Of a DNA stretch of 64,000 bases, positions 19,084 to 29,075 are shown piece after piece. The notes under the pieces were generated by a model. It was not told the origin of the DNA, searched no databases, and worked only from the letters and a program-made list of their open reading frames with translations. Each line of letters opens with the position of its first letter. Position 1 is the first letter of the stretch. The DNA lies in assembly GCA_965205605.1 (NCBI GenBank), contig CBDBHE010000007.1:678917-742916 (forward strand), in the 5' to 3' direction. The stretch comes from Spirochaetota bacterium. GTDB lineage: Bacteria > Spirochaetota > UBA12135 > COTS27 > CBDBHE01. The position numbers were made by a program, and so were the translations under genes.

Positions 19084-21393
19084 TTACTTGATAGCAAAAA
19101 AATTAAGTTGACTTTTTGTATCTGTAATTTCTTCAATTAAATCTTGGTAAGAAGTGGAAGAGAGGGTGGATTCTAAAATTGGTTTAATTTGTTTTTCTAG
19201 ATAATATTTATAATCAATAGAATTAGATTGGTTTGCAATAGGTTCGGGGCCTTCTTTAGTCATAAAATACTGAATATAAAAAGGCTTTTCTCCTTTTATT
19301 TTTTGAGCGGCTTGAAGGTGAAGAGGGAGAGATTTTTCATAAGTTTTTGTTGATTTTTTAAATCTTTTTTTGAAAATCAGCAAAGAATCTTCTTGTCCAG
19401 CAAGCAGCGATTTTTTAAGCTCTCTGATGATTTCACTTGGGTCTTGATTTTCAAAAAGGGCATTAATAATTTTTTTTTGTAGTTTTATAGCAATAGAAAC
19501 AAAATCTTTTTTTATGGATTCGATTCCTTTTTCAACCCATTCTTTAGCAACTTCCTTTACAGCGATGTATTGAGGTTTTAGTTTATCAAAACTAATTGAT
19601 TTTTGTTCAAATAAAAATATTTTTTCATAAATATTTTTTATTTCAACTTTCAAATAAGAGTGAGCTTTGTACTTTTTTTTTAAAGTTTTTTCCCAGTAAT
19701 GATTGAGTCGTTTACAAAGTTGTTGTATTTTTGATAAGAACTCTGTTTTATTAGAAGCAGAGATGATCATGCCTTCTGTATCGGCATAAAGAATTTCCCA
19801 CCCCCAGGATTCTATTTTTTTCACGCTTTCTAAAGTAAAATAGGTGGCATTTTTGTTAATGGAGTCAAAAAGACCACTAAGGGCAAAACGGCTGCGAGGA
19901 TTATTTAAAGTTGAAATCAGAGAAAAGAGGATTGAAGTGCTTGCTTTTTTCATTAAATCATTTTGTTCTTTATTACTTGATTTTGCTTTATTTAGATAGT
20001 CTTCGATAAGGGAAGGGAGAATATGTTTGGTGGTATGAAATTTAATTCCTCGAGGACTTGAAATGCTTTGAGTAGGATCTTGAATGGCTTGCATTTTTCC
20101 AAGAGGATCAATTTTAAAGGTTTGTACAATAGAAGGAAAAAAATCCTTAAAATGAATCACACACACTTTGCCAAATGCACCATGCTTAGATTCGATAATA
20201 TCTTCTGAAAAATCAGTATTGACAGGAGACGTCTTTTTTTCATTAGGTGCCACAAAGCGCTTTTGATGCAGTTTAGGCAAATAGAGATTATCAAAAACAT
20301 AATTTGTGTTTAAAGCTCTTTCAATATACACTCCGCTTAGCAAGTAATGAGTTAATTTATACAAAAGAATTTTTTCTTTTTCAAAAATTTGACAGACTAG
20401 TTTTGAATCTTTTAAATTGTACTCAGCTAAGACTTCTTTTTGATTTAAGAAAAGAGATTCAATTTGTTTGATTTTTTTTTTGCCGGTTGCTTCAATTAAT
20501 TTTTTCTCACCTAACAACACACTAGCTGCTGAGTCGAGTCGATAATCAGGCAATTTAATGTTTAGCCATTTTAACATTTGTATCCCATCTAAAATGAATC
20601 TTCCAGGGATTCTAATAATTAAACCTTTTTTATTTTTAGGTCGAAATGATTCGATGTTTCTTCTTTCAACTCCAATACAAAAATCAAGATGATATTGTTG
20701 GTATTTTTTAATTAAAAAATCAAAATCAAAATTAACAACATTCCAACCGATAAAAACTTGAGGATTAATGATGTGGATTTCTTCAATAAAGGCTTTTAAA
20801 AGTTCTTTTTCATTAGGGTAATATTGAATGTAACCTTTTTTTTTAGAGGCTTTACCCCATATGATTAAAACTTTTTCTACGTTTTTACTATACAAACTAA
20901 TGCAATAAAGATCTTTGTTGTTATTTCCTGTTTCGATATCAATTGAAAGAAGATTTAGTTCAATAGAGTTTTTGCAGTGATTGATTTTAGGATTTTTAAA
21001 AATAAAATCATTTTCTTTTTTTTCGGTGGGTAAGCTTTCAAAATTAATACTTCCTTTAATATTTTTTTCCATTAAATAACGCATTGAAGGTTCGATATCG
21101 GCTTCATATTGCTTATCTTTATCGATAACCTCACAAGCGTTTTTTAAATCTTTTTCTGTATTGAAATAGAGCAAATCAAGTGGTTTATTGTCTAAGGTTT
21201 TAAATTTTTTATTAATGATTTTTTTTGTTGTGTTTCTAATGGCTTGTTTTTTTTCTGCTGTAAAAAGAAGAAGATAAGGTTTTTCTTGTTCCCAGATGAA
21301 ATTTTTTCCGTTTTCTAAAACCCCAAAATAAAGTAATTTAGAATCCGTATTTCCGATGTTTTCACAAGTGCCATTGATAATAAGTCCTTGCAT
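19084..21393 (-). CDS. polB: DNA polymerase II (family B) homologue, polymerase site degenerate, 3'-5' exonuclease motifs intact
   Basis: YEADIEPSMRYLME, SIDIET, GWNVVNFD, YNLKDS, GPEP...IDYKYYLEKQIKP, C-terminal QLNFF; motifs A/B/C altered. Confidence 0.88.
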   Translation of the reverse strand: MQGLIINGTCENIGNTDSKLLYFGVLENGKNFIWEQEKPYLLLFTAEKKQAIRNTTKKIINKKFKTLDNKPLDLLYFNTEKDLKNACEVIDKDKQYEADIEPSMRYLMEKNIKGSINFESLPTEKKENDFIFKNPKINHCKNSIELNLLSIDIETGNNNKDLYCISLYSKNVEKVLIIWGKASKKKGYIQYYPNEKELLKAFIEEIHIINPQVFIGWNVVNFDFDFLIKKYQQYHLDFCIGVERRNIESFRPKNKKGLIIRIPGRFILDGIQMLKWLNIKLPDYRLDSAASVLLGEKKLIEATGKKKIKQIESLFLNQKEVLAEYNLKDSKLVCQIFEKEKILLYKLTHYLLSGVYIERALNTNYVFDNLYLPKLHQKRFVAPNEKKTSPVNTDFSEDIIESKHGAFGKVCVIHFKDFFPSIVQTFKIDPLGKMQAIQDPTQSISSPRGIKFHTTKHILPSLIEDYLNKAKSSNKEQNDLMKKASTSILFSLISTLNNPRSRFALSGLFDSINKNATYFTLESVKKIESWGWEILYADTEGMIISASNKTEFLSKIQQLCKRLNHYWEKTLKKKYKAHSYLKVEIKNIYEKIFLFEQKSISFDKLKPQYIAVKEVAKEWVEKGIESIKKDFVSIAIKLQKKIINALFENQDPSEIIRELKKSLLAGQEDSLLIFKKRFKKSTKTYEKSLPLHLQAAQKIKGEKPFYIQYFMTKEGPEPIANQSNSIDYKYYLEKQIKPILESTLSSTSYQDLIEEITDTKSQLNFFAIK

Positions 21394-21397
21394 TTTT

Positions 21398-22912
21398 TTA
21401 GAAAGCGTTTTGATGTTTTAAAGAGATGATAAAAAAATAAGTAAAAGCTAAAAAATAAAGAAAAGATAAAGAGACTAAACCCCATTCATTTTTAGAAAAA
21501 AATAACAAGAAAGCTAAAATCGTATAAACACTTAAAGACAATTCAACTAAGATAATCAAGCTATTTTTTGAAGATTTATATAACAGTTTTTTCTTAGTCT
21601 TCTTAGTGGTTTTTACAGAGGAGCCTGTTTTTGGAGTCCTAACAAAATGATTTTTTTTAGGGTTTGCTAAAAGAGCGCTAATAACAGCGATTGAATTATT
21701 AGCAGCACTGCCTAGTCCCAACAAGACTAAAGCAGGAATCAAACGAATCTCTCTTAGGCAATTTTTTCTAAATAAAGCTATTTGAGAGCATGTATACATG
21801 AGCATAGGAGAAAGAAAACTACATACGAAAATGAAAATTATTAAAGGAATAAACTCTTCTTTAATAAGATAATTTTTGCTTTTATAAAAAATAATTCCAA
21901 GAGGGACAAAAATTAAAACGGAAGTAAGGATAATAAGACTAATCCCATAATGAAGTAGATGAAACGAAGATTCTATTTTTTGTTTGATTTTAATAGGGCT
22001 TTTCCAAATAGGTAGCAGTAATTTTTTAGCCGTTTGAATGGAGCCTTTTGCCCACCTGTATTGCTGTGTTTTATAAGAGCTGATATTTTCAGGGATTTCT
22101 GAAGGACAAACAATGTAAGGTAAATAAACCATTTTCCATCCTTTTAGCTGGGACCTGTACGAAAGGTCTAAATCTTCAGTGAGGGTATCTGCTTGCCATC
22201 CCCCGGCTTCTAAAATGGCTTGTTTTTTCCAAATGCCAGCGGTGCCATTGAATCCAAAAAAAAGTTTGTTCCAATACCTGGCGGATTGTTCTATAATAAA
22301 ATGGCCATCAATTCCAATCGATTGAGTGGAAGTAATTTGATTGGTTTTTCGATTGGTATAGCCCCATCTTGTTTGCACCGCTCCTACTTTTTTGTTTTTA
22401 ACAAAATGAGGGATAGTGTGTTTTAAAAAATTTTTAGGAGGGAGGAAATCGGCATCAAAAATAGCAATAAAATCTGCTTTTGATAATAATAACCCATTTT
22501 GAAGGGCTCCTGCTTTAAAGTCAATTCTTTTTTCTCGGTGAATGTGAGTGATCAAAAATCCTATTTTTTGATATTTAGCAACAATTTTTTCGATGATTTC
22601 TTTGGTTTCGTCAGTCGAGTCATCTAAAATTTGAATTTCATGTTTTTCTTTAGGGTAGTTTATTTGAGTGATTTTATCAATGATTCTTTTGACAACAAAT
22701 TTTTCGTTAAAAACAGGGATTTGGGTTAGGACTTTAGGGAGGTCATCGAGGGAATGAGATCGATAAAATTGTCTAATAAATTGTTTGTCATTTCCAATTT
22801 TTTTTTTGTGCTTTAAAAATAAATAAGTAATGTAAATATAGTGAATCCCAAAGATAGAAAAAATTAAGGCACAAAGAAGATAAATGATTTCAAAAAAGAA
22901 AAGAAGATTCAT
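21398..22912 (-). CDS. Processive GT2 glycosyltransferase (cellulose synthase-like, CslA/C type)
   Basis: QIPVFNE, LDDSTD, FKAGAL, FDADF, TEDLDLSYR, QQYRWAKG, RTPK; C-terminal TM helices. Confidence 0.92.
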   Translation of the reverse strand: MNLLFFFEIIYLLCALIFSIFGIHYIYITYLFLKHKKKIGNDKQFIRQFYRSHSLDDLPKVLTQIPVFNEKFVVKRIIDKITQINYPKEKHEIQILDDSTDETKEIIEKIVAKYQKIGFLITHIHREKRIDFKAGALQNGLLLSKADFIAIFDADFLPPKNFLKHTIPHFVKNKKVGAVQTRWGYTNRKTNQITSTQSIGIDGHFIIEQSARYWNKLFFGFNGTAGIWKKQAILEAGGWQADTLTEDLDLSYRSQLKGWKMVYLPYIVCPSEIPENISSYKTQQYRWAKGSIQTAKKLLLPIWKSPIKIKQKIESSFHLLHYGISLIILTSVLIFVPLGIIFYKSKNYLIKEEFIPLIIFIFVCSFLSPMLMYTCSQIALFRKNCLREIRLIPALVLLGLGSAANNSIAVISALLANPKKNHFVRTPKTGSSVKTTKKTKKKLLYKSSKNSLIILVELSLSVYTILAFLLFFSKNEWGLVSLSFLYFLAFTYFFIISLKHQNAF

Positions 22913-22942
22913 TAAACAATTTTTTTTTAAAAAAAAAATAAT

Positions 22943-23563
22943 TTAAATTATAGCATAAAGTTGCTCTAAATCTTCTTTATTATCAATATCAAAAAGCTTT
23001 GGCAAAAGAGAGAAATTAATTTTATTTTTTTTACTTTGTGTTATTGTTTGTGATAAAACTTGTTCATTACTCCATGAAATGCCTTTAAATAAAGAAAAGA
23101 GTTGTTTGTTACTTTTTCTAAGCCCTATTAAATAATAACCCCCATCTTGAGTCGGCCCTAAAACAAGGTCTTTTGTTTCAAGTAACCTAAAGGCTTTGTT
23201 TAAAATGGCATGAGAAATAAAAGGAATATCACTGCCAATAATCACTACCTTATCAGAAGGTTTAATGAGGTGATTTTTAAAAGCCAAGGCCATTTTTTCT
23301 CCTAAATTATTTCCTGTTTGTTTAAAGCATTTTTTTTTAAAATCAGTCATTTGTTTAGAAATTTTTTTTAAAAAATGCCCTTTTATTTGATCAATATAAA
23401 AATAAATTTGATATGTTTTTGGTAATCGATAAAGAGATTCTAAACGAAAGGATAATAGTTGTTGGTAAATTAAGCAAGCTTTTTTAAATCCAATTTCTTT
23501 TCCGAGTCTTGTTTTAACTTTCCCAACTTTGGGGTATTTAAAAAATAAGATAATGGTTTTCAA
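22943..23563 (-). CDS. TIGR04282/DUF2064-family (CofC-like) transferase
   Basis: KYPKVGKVKTRL, QTGNNLGEKM, IGSDIP, LGPTQDGGYYLIG, WSNEQV, DID. Confidence 0.9.
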   Translation of the reverse strand: MKTIILFFKYPKVGKVKTRLGKEIGFKKACLIYQQLLSFRLESLYRLPKTYQIYFYIDQIKGHFLKKISKQMTDFKKKCFKQTGNNLGEKMALAFKNHLIKPSDKVVIIGSDIPFISHAILNKAFRLLETKDLVLGPTQDGGYYLIGLRKSNKQLFSLFKGISWSNEQVLSQTITQSKKNKINFSLLPKLFDIDNKEDLEQLYAII

Positions 23564-23577
23564 AAAAATAAATCCGG

Positions 23578-25560
23578 TTATTTGTAATAAAGTTTGTATA
23601 AAATTTCTCCCCCTTTCTTAGGTGAAAAAAAACGAAAAATAAAATAAGACAAAAATAAACTAATCACTTTAACCACATTAAACCATTTTGGGCCTTGTTT
23701 CCACTTTCTCATTGAAATAACGCCTCCATTTTTAAGTGAAGTAATCCTTCCACTGGCTTTTATTTGAAGACAAACTTCCACATCTTCAAATAATTTTATT
23801 TTTGGAAAACCGCCAGTAGCTTCCAAAGCTTCTTTTTTAAAGCACTGGATTTGATCCCCAAAACTAATTTGAGTCAAAAACACTCTTAGATTGTTAAGTT
23901 TGCTAATCCGCTTCATTTGTTTTTCTTCACGATATTGCATTGAAAACGAAAGCATTAAAATATTTGGGTTTTGTAAAAAAGTTTTTTTCATTCGCCCAAG
24001 GGTATCTTTATAAATCATAACATCACTGTGTAGTACGCAAATAAGGTTTCCTTTTGCTTGTAAATATCCTGCCTCAATTTGATAGCCTCTTCCTTTTTGA
24101 CTTGTAATGACCCTGGCACCATGTTGTTTGCCTAAGGCGATGGTTTTATCTTCTGAACCCCCATCAGAGATGATGATTTCAAAGGGGATTTTAGAGTTGT
24201 TTTGTTTGATCGCTTTAATACAGTTTGAAATGGTTTTTTCTTCATTGAGGGTGGGAATAATAATGGTGATTAAAGGATCTTTGATTTTTTTTCTAGAAAA
24301 GCCAAAGAGTTTATTTTGATACCACTCTACAAATAAACAACCTAAAAAAGGAAGGTAAATGAAATATTTTGCCAAAGGATATTCTTGCCAAAGTCCACTT
24401 GTGTAAAATCGATGGTAAAGAGGGAATGAGAAAATAAAACAAAAAGTCCATAAAAAAATACTACGAGTTTTAAAAAAAGCATTTAAAATTAACAGCATCC
24501 CTAAATACCAAGGGTGAATTATTGGAGAAAACAGTAAAAACAATAAATAAAAGAGAAAACAAGTCCGAATTAAATTGGCAGAAAATAATAAAAAATACCC
24601 ATAAATGATTATAAAGACACTTCTCATCATAAGAGGGGTGTTAAATAGCTTGATGCCCAAGGTATGAAAAAATGAATTATAAGACATCTCCGTTCCAAAA
24701 GTAATCAGTGAATTAAGAAGAGTGGGTTCACCTCTCTGGTAATAAGGAGCGTATAACAATAAAGATAAGAGCGTTAAGAACATTAATTTTAGAGGGTGTT
24801 TTTTTAGAAAGAGTGGGAAAAAAAGAATTGAGGTGATTTTAATCTGTAAAGAAGCTAAGTAAAAAATAAGCATCATCATGGGTGATTTTTTGTCTTTATA
24901 TAAAAAAGCAAGCAATAGAAAAAATATTTGTACAACATCAATATGACCTTCTCCAATCACAAAAAAAAGCCAAAGAGGATTGAGAGCAATTAAAAAAGTA
25001 ACATTAGGGTCTTTTTTGTTTTTTTTAAGCAGTAAAAATAAAATTCTTAAAATCCCAAGAGACAAAAGGCAAATAAAAACTTTATAAACAATCAAGTAAG
25101 ATTTTTCTCCACTCAAAAAATAAATCACACGCATGATTAGCAAGTACACAGCCCCATAAATCGTTGTTTTATCCTTATGGTTGATCGTTGAATAATAGGG
25201 GAATTCACTTATAGAGTTTGCAACAAAGGTTATGGGGGCTTTGAGATAAGGATTGTAGCCTTTGCTGGCAATCATTCCTTCCCAAAGGTAGCGAGAGACA
25301 TCATCACTGGGCATGTAAAAGATCAAGCTACCATACACTAAAATGATTAAACCTGTTACAGAGTAAATGTAAAATGAAGATGAGTGGGGCTTGATTTTTT
25401 TATAAATAACCATACTAAGTAAAAAAAGAAGGGTATAGTTAAAGTAAGAAATCAAAAGTTGTTTACCAAGAGGATGTAAAACAATTAATAACGAAATAAA
25501 GTAAAAACTAATTAAAATAAATAGAAAAAAAGAAGATTGGAAAGATTTTTTTTTAAACAA
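23578..25560 (-). CDS. Fusion of a GT-C (GT87/DUF2029-like) membrane glycosyltransferase and a TIGR04283-like GT2 domain
   Basis: N-half SDDVSRYLWEG, GYNPY, NPL...GEGHID, HPWY; C-half IIIPTLNEE, DGGSED, LHSD, FGDQ, GGFP...EDVE. Confidence 0.8.
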   Translation of the reverse strand: MFKKKSFQSSFFLFILISFYFISLLIVLHPLGKQLLISYFNYTLLFLLSMVIYKKIKPHSSSFYIYSVTGLIILVYGSLIFYMPSDDVSRYLWEGMIASKGYNPYLKAPITFVANSISEFPYYSTINHKDKTTIYGAVYLLIMRVIYFLSGEKSYLIVYKVFICLLSLGILRILFLLLKKNKKDPNVTFLIALNPLWLFFVIGEGHIDVVQIFFLLLAFLYKDKKSPMMMLIFYLASLQIKITSILFFPLFLKKHPLKLMFLTLLSLLLYAPYYQRGEPTLLNSLITFGTEMSYNSFFHTLGIKLFNTPLMMRSVFIIIYGYFLLFSANLIRTCFLFYLLFLLFSPIIHPWYLGMLLILNAFFKTRSIFLWTFCFIFSFPLYHRFYTSGLWQEYPLAKYFIYLPFLGCLFVEWYQNKLFGFSRKKIKDPLITIIIPTLNEEKTISNCIKAIKQNNSKIPFEIIISDGGSEDKTIALGKQHGARVITSQKGRGYQIEAGYLQAKGNLICVLHSDVMIYKDTLGRMKKTFLQNPNILMLSFSMQYREEKQMKRISKLNNLRVFLTQISFGDQIQCFKKEALEATGGFPKIKLFEDVEVCLQIKASGRITSLKNGGVISMRKWKQGPKWFNVVKVISLFLSYFIFRFFSPKKGGEILYKLYYK

Positions 25561-25840
25561 GGATTTTAAAAGAAGATAACTTTAGAGAAGTTTGGATGGG
25601 TGTAATGATCACCTTTTCAACAGATGCTTGAGGAGGCCCTTGTTTGCAGTAAGTGATGAGGTTGTCAATATTTTCTTTAGGGCCACTTGCGACACAGATG
25701 ACAGACCCATCTGAAAGATTTTTAACATAGCCTGTGAGCAAAAGTTTATTGGCTTGTTTTTGGGTACTTTGTCTAAAAAAAACGCCTTGTACGTGACCTT
25801 TTATTTTGAGTTCGACGGTGATGAATTTTTTTTTTGTCAT
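25553..25840 (-). CDS. acyP: Acylphosphatase
   Basis: GHVQGVFFR, GYVKNLSDGSV, GPPQA. Confidence 0.93.
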   Translation of the reverse strand: MTKKKFITVELKIKGHVQGVFFRQSTQKQANKLLLTGYVKNLSDGSVICVASGPKENIDNLITYCKQGPPQASVEKVIITPIQTSLKLSSFKILV

Positions 25841-25881
25841 GAATTTCGAGTTTTTAATGGTTTTTATTTAAAAAAAAATTT

Positions 25882-27537
25882 TTAAATAAAAAAACGAAGA
25901 ATTTTTTTTGTTGAGTTATCATGATCACTAATTTTTTTTTCATTTAGGTTTTTTAAAATGTTTTGGGTGAGGTCTTTTCCAAGTTCGACACCAAATTGAT
26001 CAAAGCTATTGATCCTCCAAATAACACCTTGAGTAAAAACTTTGTGTTCATATAAGGCAAGGAGCTTTCCAAGAGAGTTTGGATTTAAGGTTTCTAGTAA
26101 AATAAGGTTGTTTGGTTTGTTGCCTTCAAAGACGCGATAGGGAAGGGAGCGGTTGATGGTTGCGATATCAACTTTTGAGTCTTTTAGTTTTTTTAAAGCT
26201 TCTTGTTTACTGAGCCCAAAAGCAAGTGCTTGGCTTTGAGCGATGAAATTAGCTAAAAATTTTTGGTCGTGAGCTTGATTGGGATGAGGCATTTTTTTAA
26301 AACTAATCAAATCAATTGGAATCAACTTGGTCCCTTGGTGAAGAAGCTGGTAAAACGAATGCTGCCCATTGGTGCCAATTTCTCCCCATAAAATAGAACT
26401 TGTTTGATAAGAAATTGGTTTACCTTCTAGATCAATATTTTTGCTATTAGATTCCATATCAAGTTGTTGGAGGTATTTAGGTAGGAGCTCTAAATACTGG
26501 CTATAAGGAAGTACGGCATAGGTTGATGTTTCAAAAAAATTGTTATACCAAATACCGAGTAAAGCTAGTAACACGGGGATATTTTTTTCTAAAGGAGTGT
26601 TTAAAAAATGTTGATCCATTTCATAAGCTCCTTGTAAAAAATTTTCAAACTCATCATACCCAATCGCACAAGCAATCGACAATCCAACTGAAGACCAAAC
26701 AGAGTATCTTCCTCCAACAAAATCCCAAAATTCAAAAATATTTTCTTCATGAATTCCAAACTCTTTTGTTTTTTTTAAATGGGTTGAAATCGCACAAAAA
26801 TGAAATTGGATGGCTTCTTTTCCTAGTTTTTCCATTAGCCATTTTTTAGCACTAAGAGCATTTTGAATTGTTTCTTGAGTTGTGAATGTTTTTGAGGCAA
26901 TGAGAAACAAAGTGGTTTCGGGATTAAGTTGTTTAAGGGTTTCGTATAAATCGGCATAATCTAGATTGGATACATAATAAATTTTAGGGCCACTGGCATA
27001 ATATTTGAGGGCTTGATACACCATCTTAGGTCCTAAATCAGAGCCCCCAATACCGATATTGACAATAGCTTCAATTTTCTTATCAGTGGCTCCTTTCCAA
27101 GTGCCATTTCTGACTCGATTGGAAAAATCACGCATTTTTTTTCGAGTTTTGAAAACTTTGTTTAAAATTTCTTTTTGATGAACAAATAAAGGCTCTTGAT
27201 CGAGAGGGTATCTAAGTGCGGTATGTAAAACAGCACGCTGTTCTGTCCAATTAATTTTTTCTCCGCTAAAGAAAGCTTGCTTGTAGTCTTGTAGACCGGA
27301 GGCTTTGGCTAAAGTGATTAAAAGATTAAGAGTTTGTTGATTAATTCTATTTTTTGAATAATCAAAAAAAATATCTATAGCATTGATGGAAAAAAAATCA
27401 CTTCGCTTGGGGTCTTGCTTGAATAAATCTTTTAAATGAAGATTTTTGATGGCTTCAAAGTGTTTTTTTAAATCCAACCATTCTTTGGAAGTAGTTAGGT
27501 TTTTTAAAGTAGGGATACCAAATTGATTTTGGGTCAT
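25882..27537 (-). CDS. pgi: Glucose-6-phosphate isomerase
   Basis: RAVLHTALR, GIGGSDLGP, SKTFTTQET, VGGRYS, QQLDMESN, NSFDQFGVELGK. Confidence 0.97.
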   Translation of the reverse strand: MTQNQFGIPTLKNLTTSKEWLDLKKHFEAIKNLHLKDLFKQDPKRSDFFSINAIDIFFDYSKNRINQQTLNLLITLAKASGLQDYKQAFFSGEKINWTEQRAVLHTALRYPLDQEPLFVHQKEILNKVFKTRKKMRDFSNRVRNGTWKGATDKKIEAIVNIGIGGSDLGPKMVYQALKYYASGPKIYYVSNLDYADLYETLKQLNPETTLFLIASKTFTTQETIQNALSAKKWLMEKLGKEAIQFHFCAISTHLKKTKEFGIHEENIFEFWDFVGGRYSVWSSVGLSIACAIGYDEFENFLQGAYEMDQHFLNTPLEKNIPVLLALLGIWYNNFFETSTYAVLPYSQYLELLPKYLQQLDMESNSKNIDLEGKPISYQTSSILWGEIGTNGQHSFYQLLHQGTKLIPIDLISFKKMPHPNQAHDQKFLANFIAQSQALAFGLSKQEALKKLKDSKVDIATINRSLPYRVFEGNKPNNLILLETLNPNSLGKLLALYEHKVFTQGVIWRINSFDQFGVELGKDLTQNILKNLNEKKISDHDNSTKKILRFFI

Positions 27538-27542
27538 TTTAT

Positions 27543-27941
27543 TTATTTAAAGAAAAAATTAATTTCTTCTTTGGCAGATTTAGAGCTATCAGAACCGTGA
27601 ATAGCATTTTCGGATTTACTTTCACCATACAGATTTCTAATGGTGCCAACACTTGCTGCTTTTGGATCTGTATTTCCGATTAATTTTCTATAGTCTTCAA
27701 TGGCATTGTGGCCTTCAAGTTTAAAAATAACAATCGGTCCCGAACTAATATAGTCAGTAAGATCATCAAAAAAAGGTTTACTTTGGTGAATTTTATAAAA
27801 TTGTTTGGCTTCTTTTTTTGTCAGTGTTAGCATTTTTATATTAAGTAGTTTTAAATTGGATTGTTCGATTTTATCTAATATTTTACCGATACATTTTTTT
27901 TTGGTAGCATCTGGTTTTATGATTCCTAAGGTTTGCTGCAT
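27543..27941 (-). CDS. ndk: Nucleoside diphosphate kinase
   Basis: IIKPDA, GTIR, NAIHGSDS. Confidence 0.96.
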   Translation of the reverse strand: MQQTLGIIKPDATKKKCIGKILDKIEQSNLKLLNIKMLTLTKKEAKQFYKIHQSKPFFDDLTDYISSGPIVIFKLEGHNAIEDYRKLIGNTDPKAASVGTIRNLYGESKSENAIHGSDSSKSAKEEINFFFK

Positions 27942-27965
27942 GTTTTAGATCAAAATTATTAATAA

Positions 27966-28039
27966 TAGCGATGCAGGGATTCGAACCCCGGACACGTGGA
28001 TTATGATCCCACTGCTCTAACCAACTGAGCTACATCGCC
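27966..28039 (-). tRNA. tRNA-Met(CAT), probably elongator (Ile2 not fully excluded)
   Basis: Reverse complement GGCGATGTAGCTCAGTTGGTTAGAGCAGTGGGATCATAATCCACGTGTCCGGGGTTCGAATCCCTGCATCGCTA. Confidence 0.92.
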
Positions 28040-28056
28040 GTTATACTTAAAAAAAT

Positions 28057-28130
28057 TAGCGGGGTCAGGATTTGAACCTGAGACCTTTGGGTTATGAGCC
28101 CAATGAGATACCGAACTTCTCCACCCCGCA
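28057..28130 (-). tRNA. Initiator tRNA-fMet(CAT)
   Basis: TGCGGGG...TTGGG-CTCATAA-CCCAA...CCCCGCTA; three G-C pairs in the anticodon stem, 1:72 mismatch (U:U). Confidence 0.94.
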
Positions 28131-28140
28131 ATAAGCTTAT

Positions 28141-28169
28141 ATTTAATCATATCCCACTTGTTTTGTCAA
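28141..28169 (-). promoter_or_regulatory. Candidate sigma70 promoter of the tRNA pair
   Basis: TTGACA-17 nt-TTAAAT about 10 nt upstream of tRNA-fMet; -10 is imperfect. Confidence 0.35.
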
Positions 28170-28286
28170 AATATCTCTTTTTACCAAAGTACTTTTTAAA
28201 AAATGATTATCTACTAATGAAAGTTGATTTTTTTTCGATAACTTAAATTAGAAATTTAATACTTGAATTACATAAAGGACAATTAA

Positions 28287-29048
28287 ATGAAACAAAAAGA
28301 TACAACGCCTCTATTTATGGTTGCTCAACTTCCTTTTAATCAAAAAGAAACGGTTGCACTTAACAAACCCATGATCCCCATTATGAATGATAAGCAAAAT
28401 GTCAATGTAGCAACAATTAATTTAAAAGAAATGGGTATTTGGAAAAAACTTTTGAAAAAAGAAACTTCTTTTTTAGAAATTGGTTGCGGAAGTGGTTACT
28501 TAGTAGAGCATCTTTATAAAAATGGAAAAGGAGCTTATTTTGGATTTGAACCTATTCCAAGTGAATATGAAAAAGCAAAAAAACGATTGATTCCATTTTT
28601 TGATAAAAGTGTCAAAAAATTAGAAAAAAAACTTTTTAAAGGAATCTTAGAAGAGGCAAAAACAATTAGTAAAATTAAACCGTCTAGTTTAGATTTTATT
28701 TATTCGTATCATGTTTTTGAGCATCTTGAAAATCCTCTTTCGATGCTGGAGATTGGATCAAAGTGGCTTAAAAAAGAAGGAAAGATGCTCATTACATGCC
28801 CTAATGTAGAAGGTTATTTTCCAAAAAAAAATATTAAAACTTGGCGATGTTCACTGACTTCGCATCGGTGGTTACCGGGAAAAAAAACCATTGTTAGAGC
28901 GCTTGAAAGAAAAAATTATAAAGTCTTAAAGTATTTTACTTATGGGGGTTATGCAGCTCCTAGGGGTATTTTTAAAGGAATAGGTAATCAGGCTTTAAAA
29001 TGCTTTGGTTTAGGAGATGTGATTTGTGTGTTAGCAGAAAAAAAATAA
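28287..29048 (+). CDS. Class I SAM-dependent methyltransferase
   Basis: LEIGCGSG, HVFEHLENP, LKKEGKMLITCPN. Confidence 0.88.
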   Translation: MKQKDTTPLFMVAQLPFNQKETVALNKPMIPIMNDKQNVNVATINLKEMGIWKKLLKKETSFLEIGCGSGYLVEHLYKNGKGAYFGFEPIPSEYEKAKKRLIPFFDKSVKKLEKKLFKGILEEAKTISKIKPSSLDFIYSYHVFEHLENPLSMLEIGSKWLKKEGKMLITCPNVEGYFPKKNIKTWRCSLTSHRWLPGKKTIVRALERKNYKVLKYFTYGGYAAPRGIFKGIGNQALKCFGLGDVICVLAEKK

Positions 29049-29075
29049 AAAAAACTAGTTTTTTTTATTTTTATT

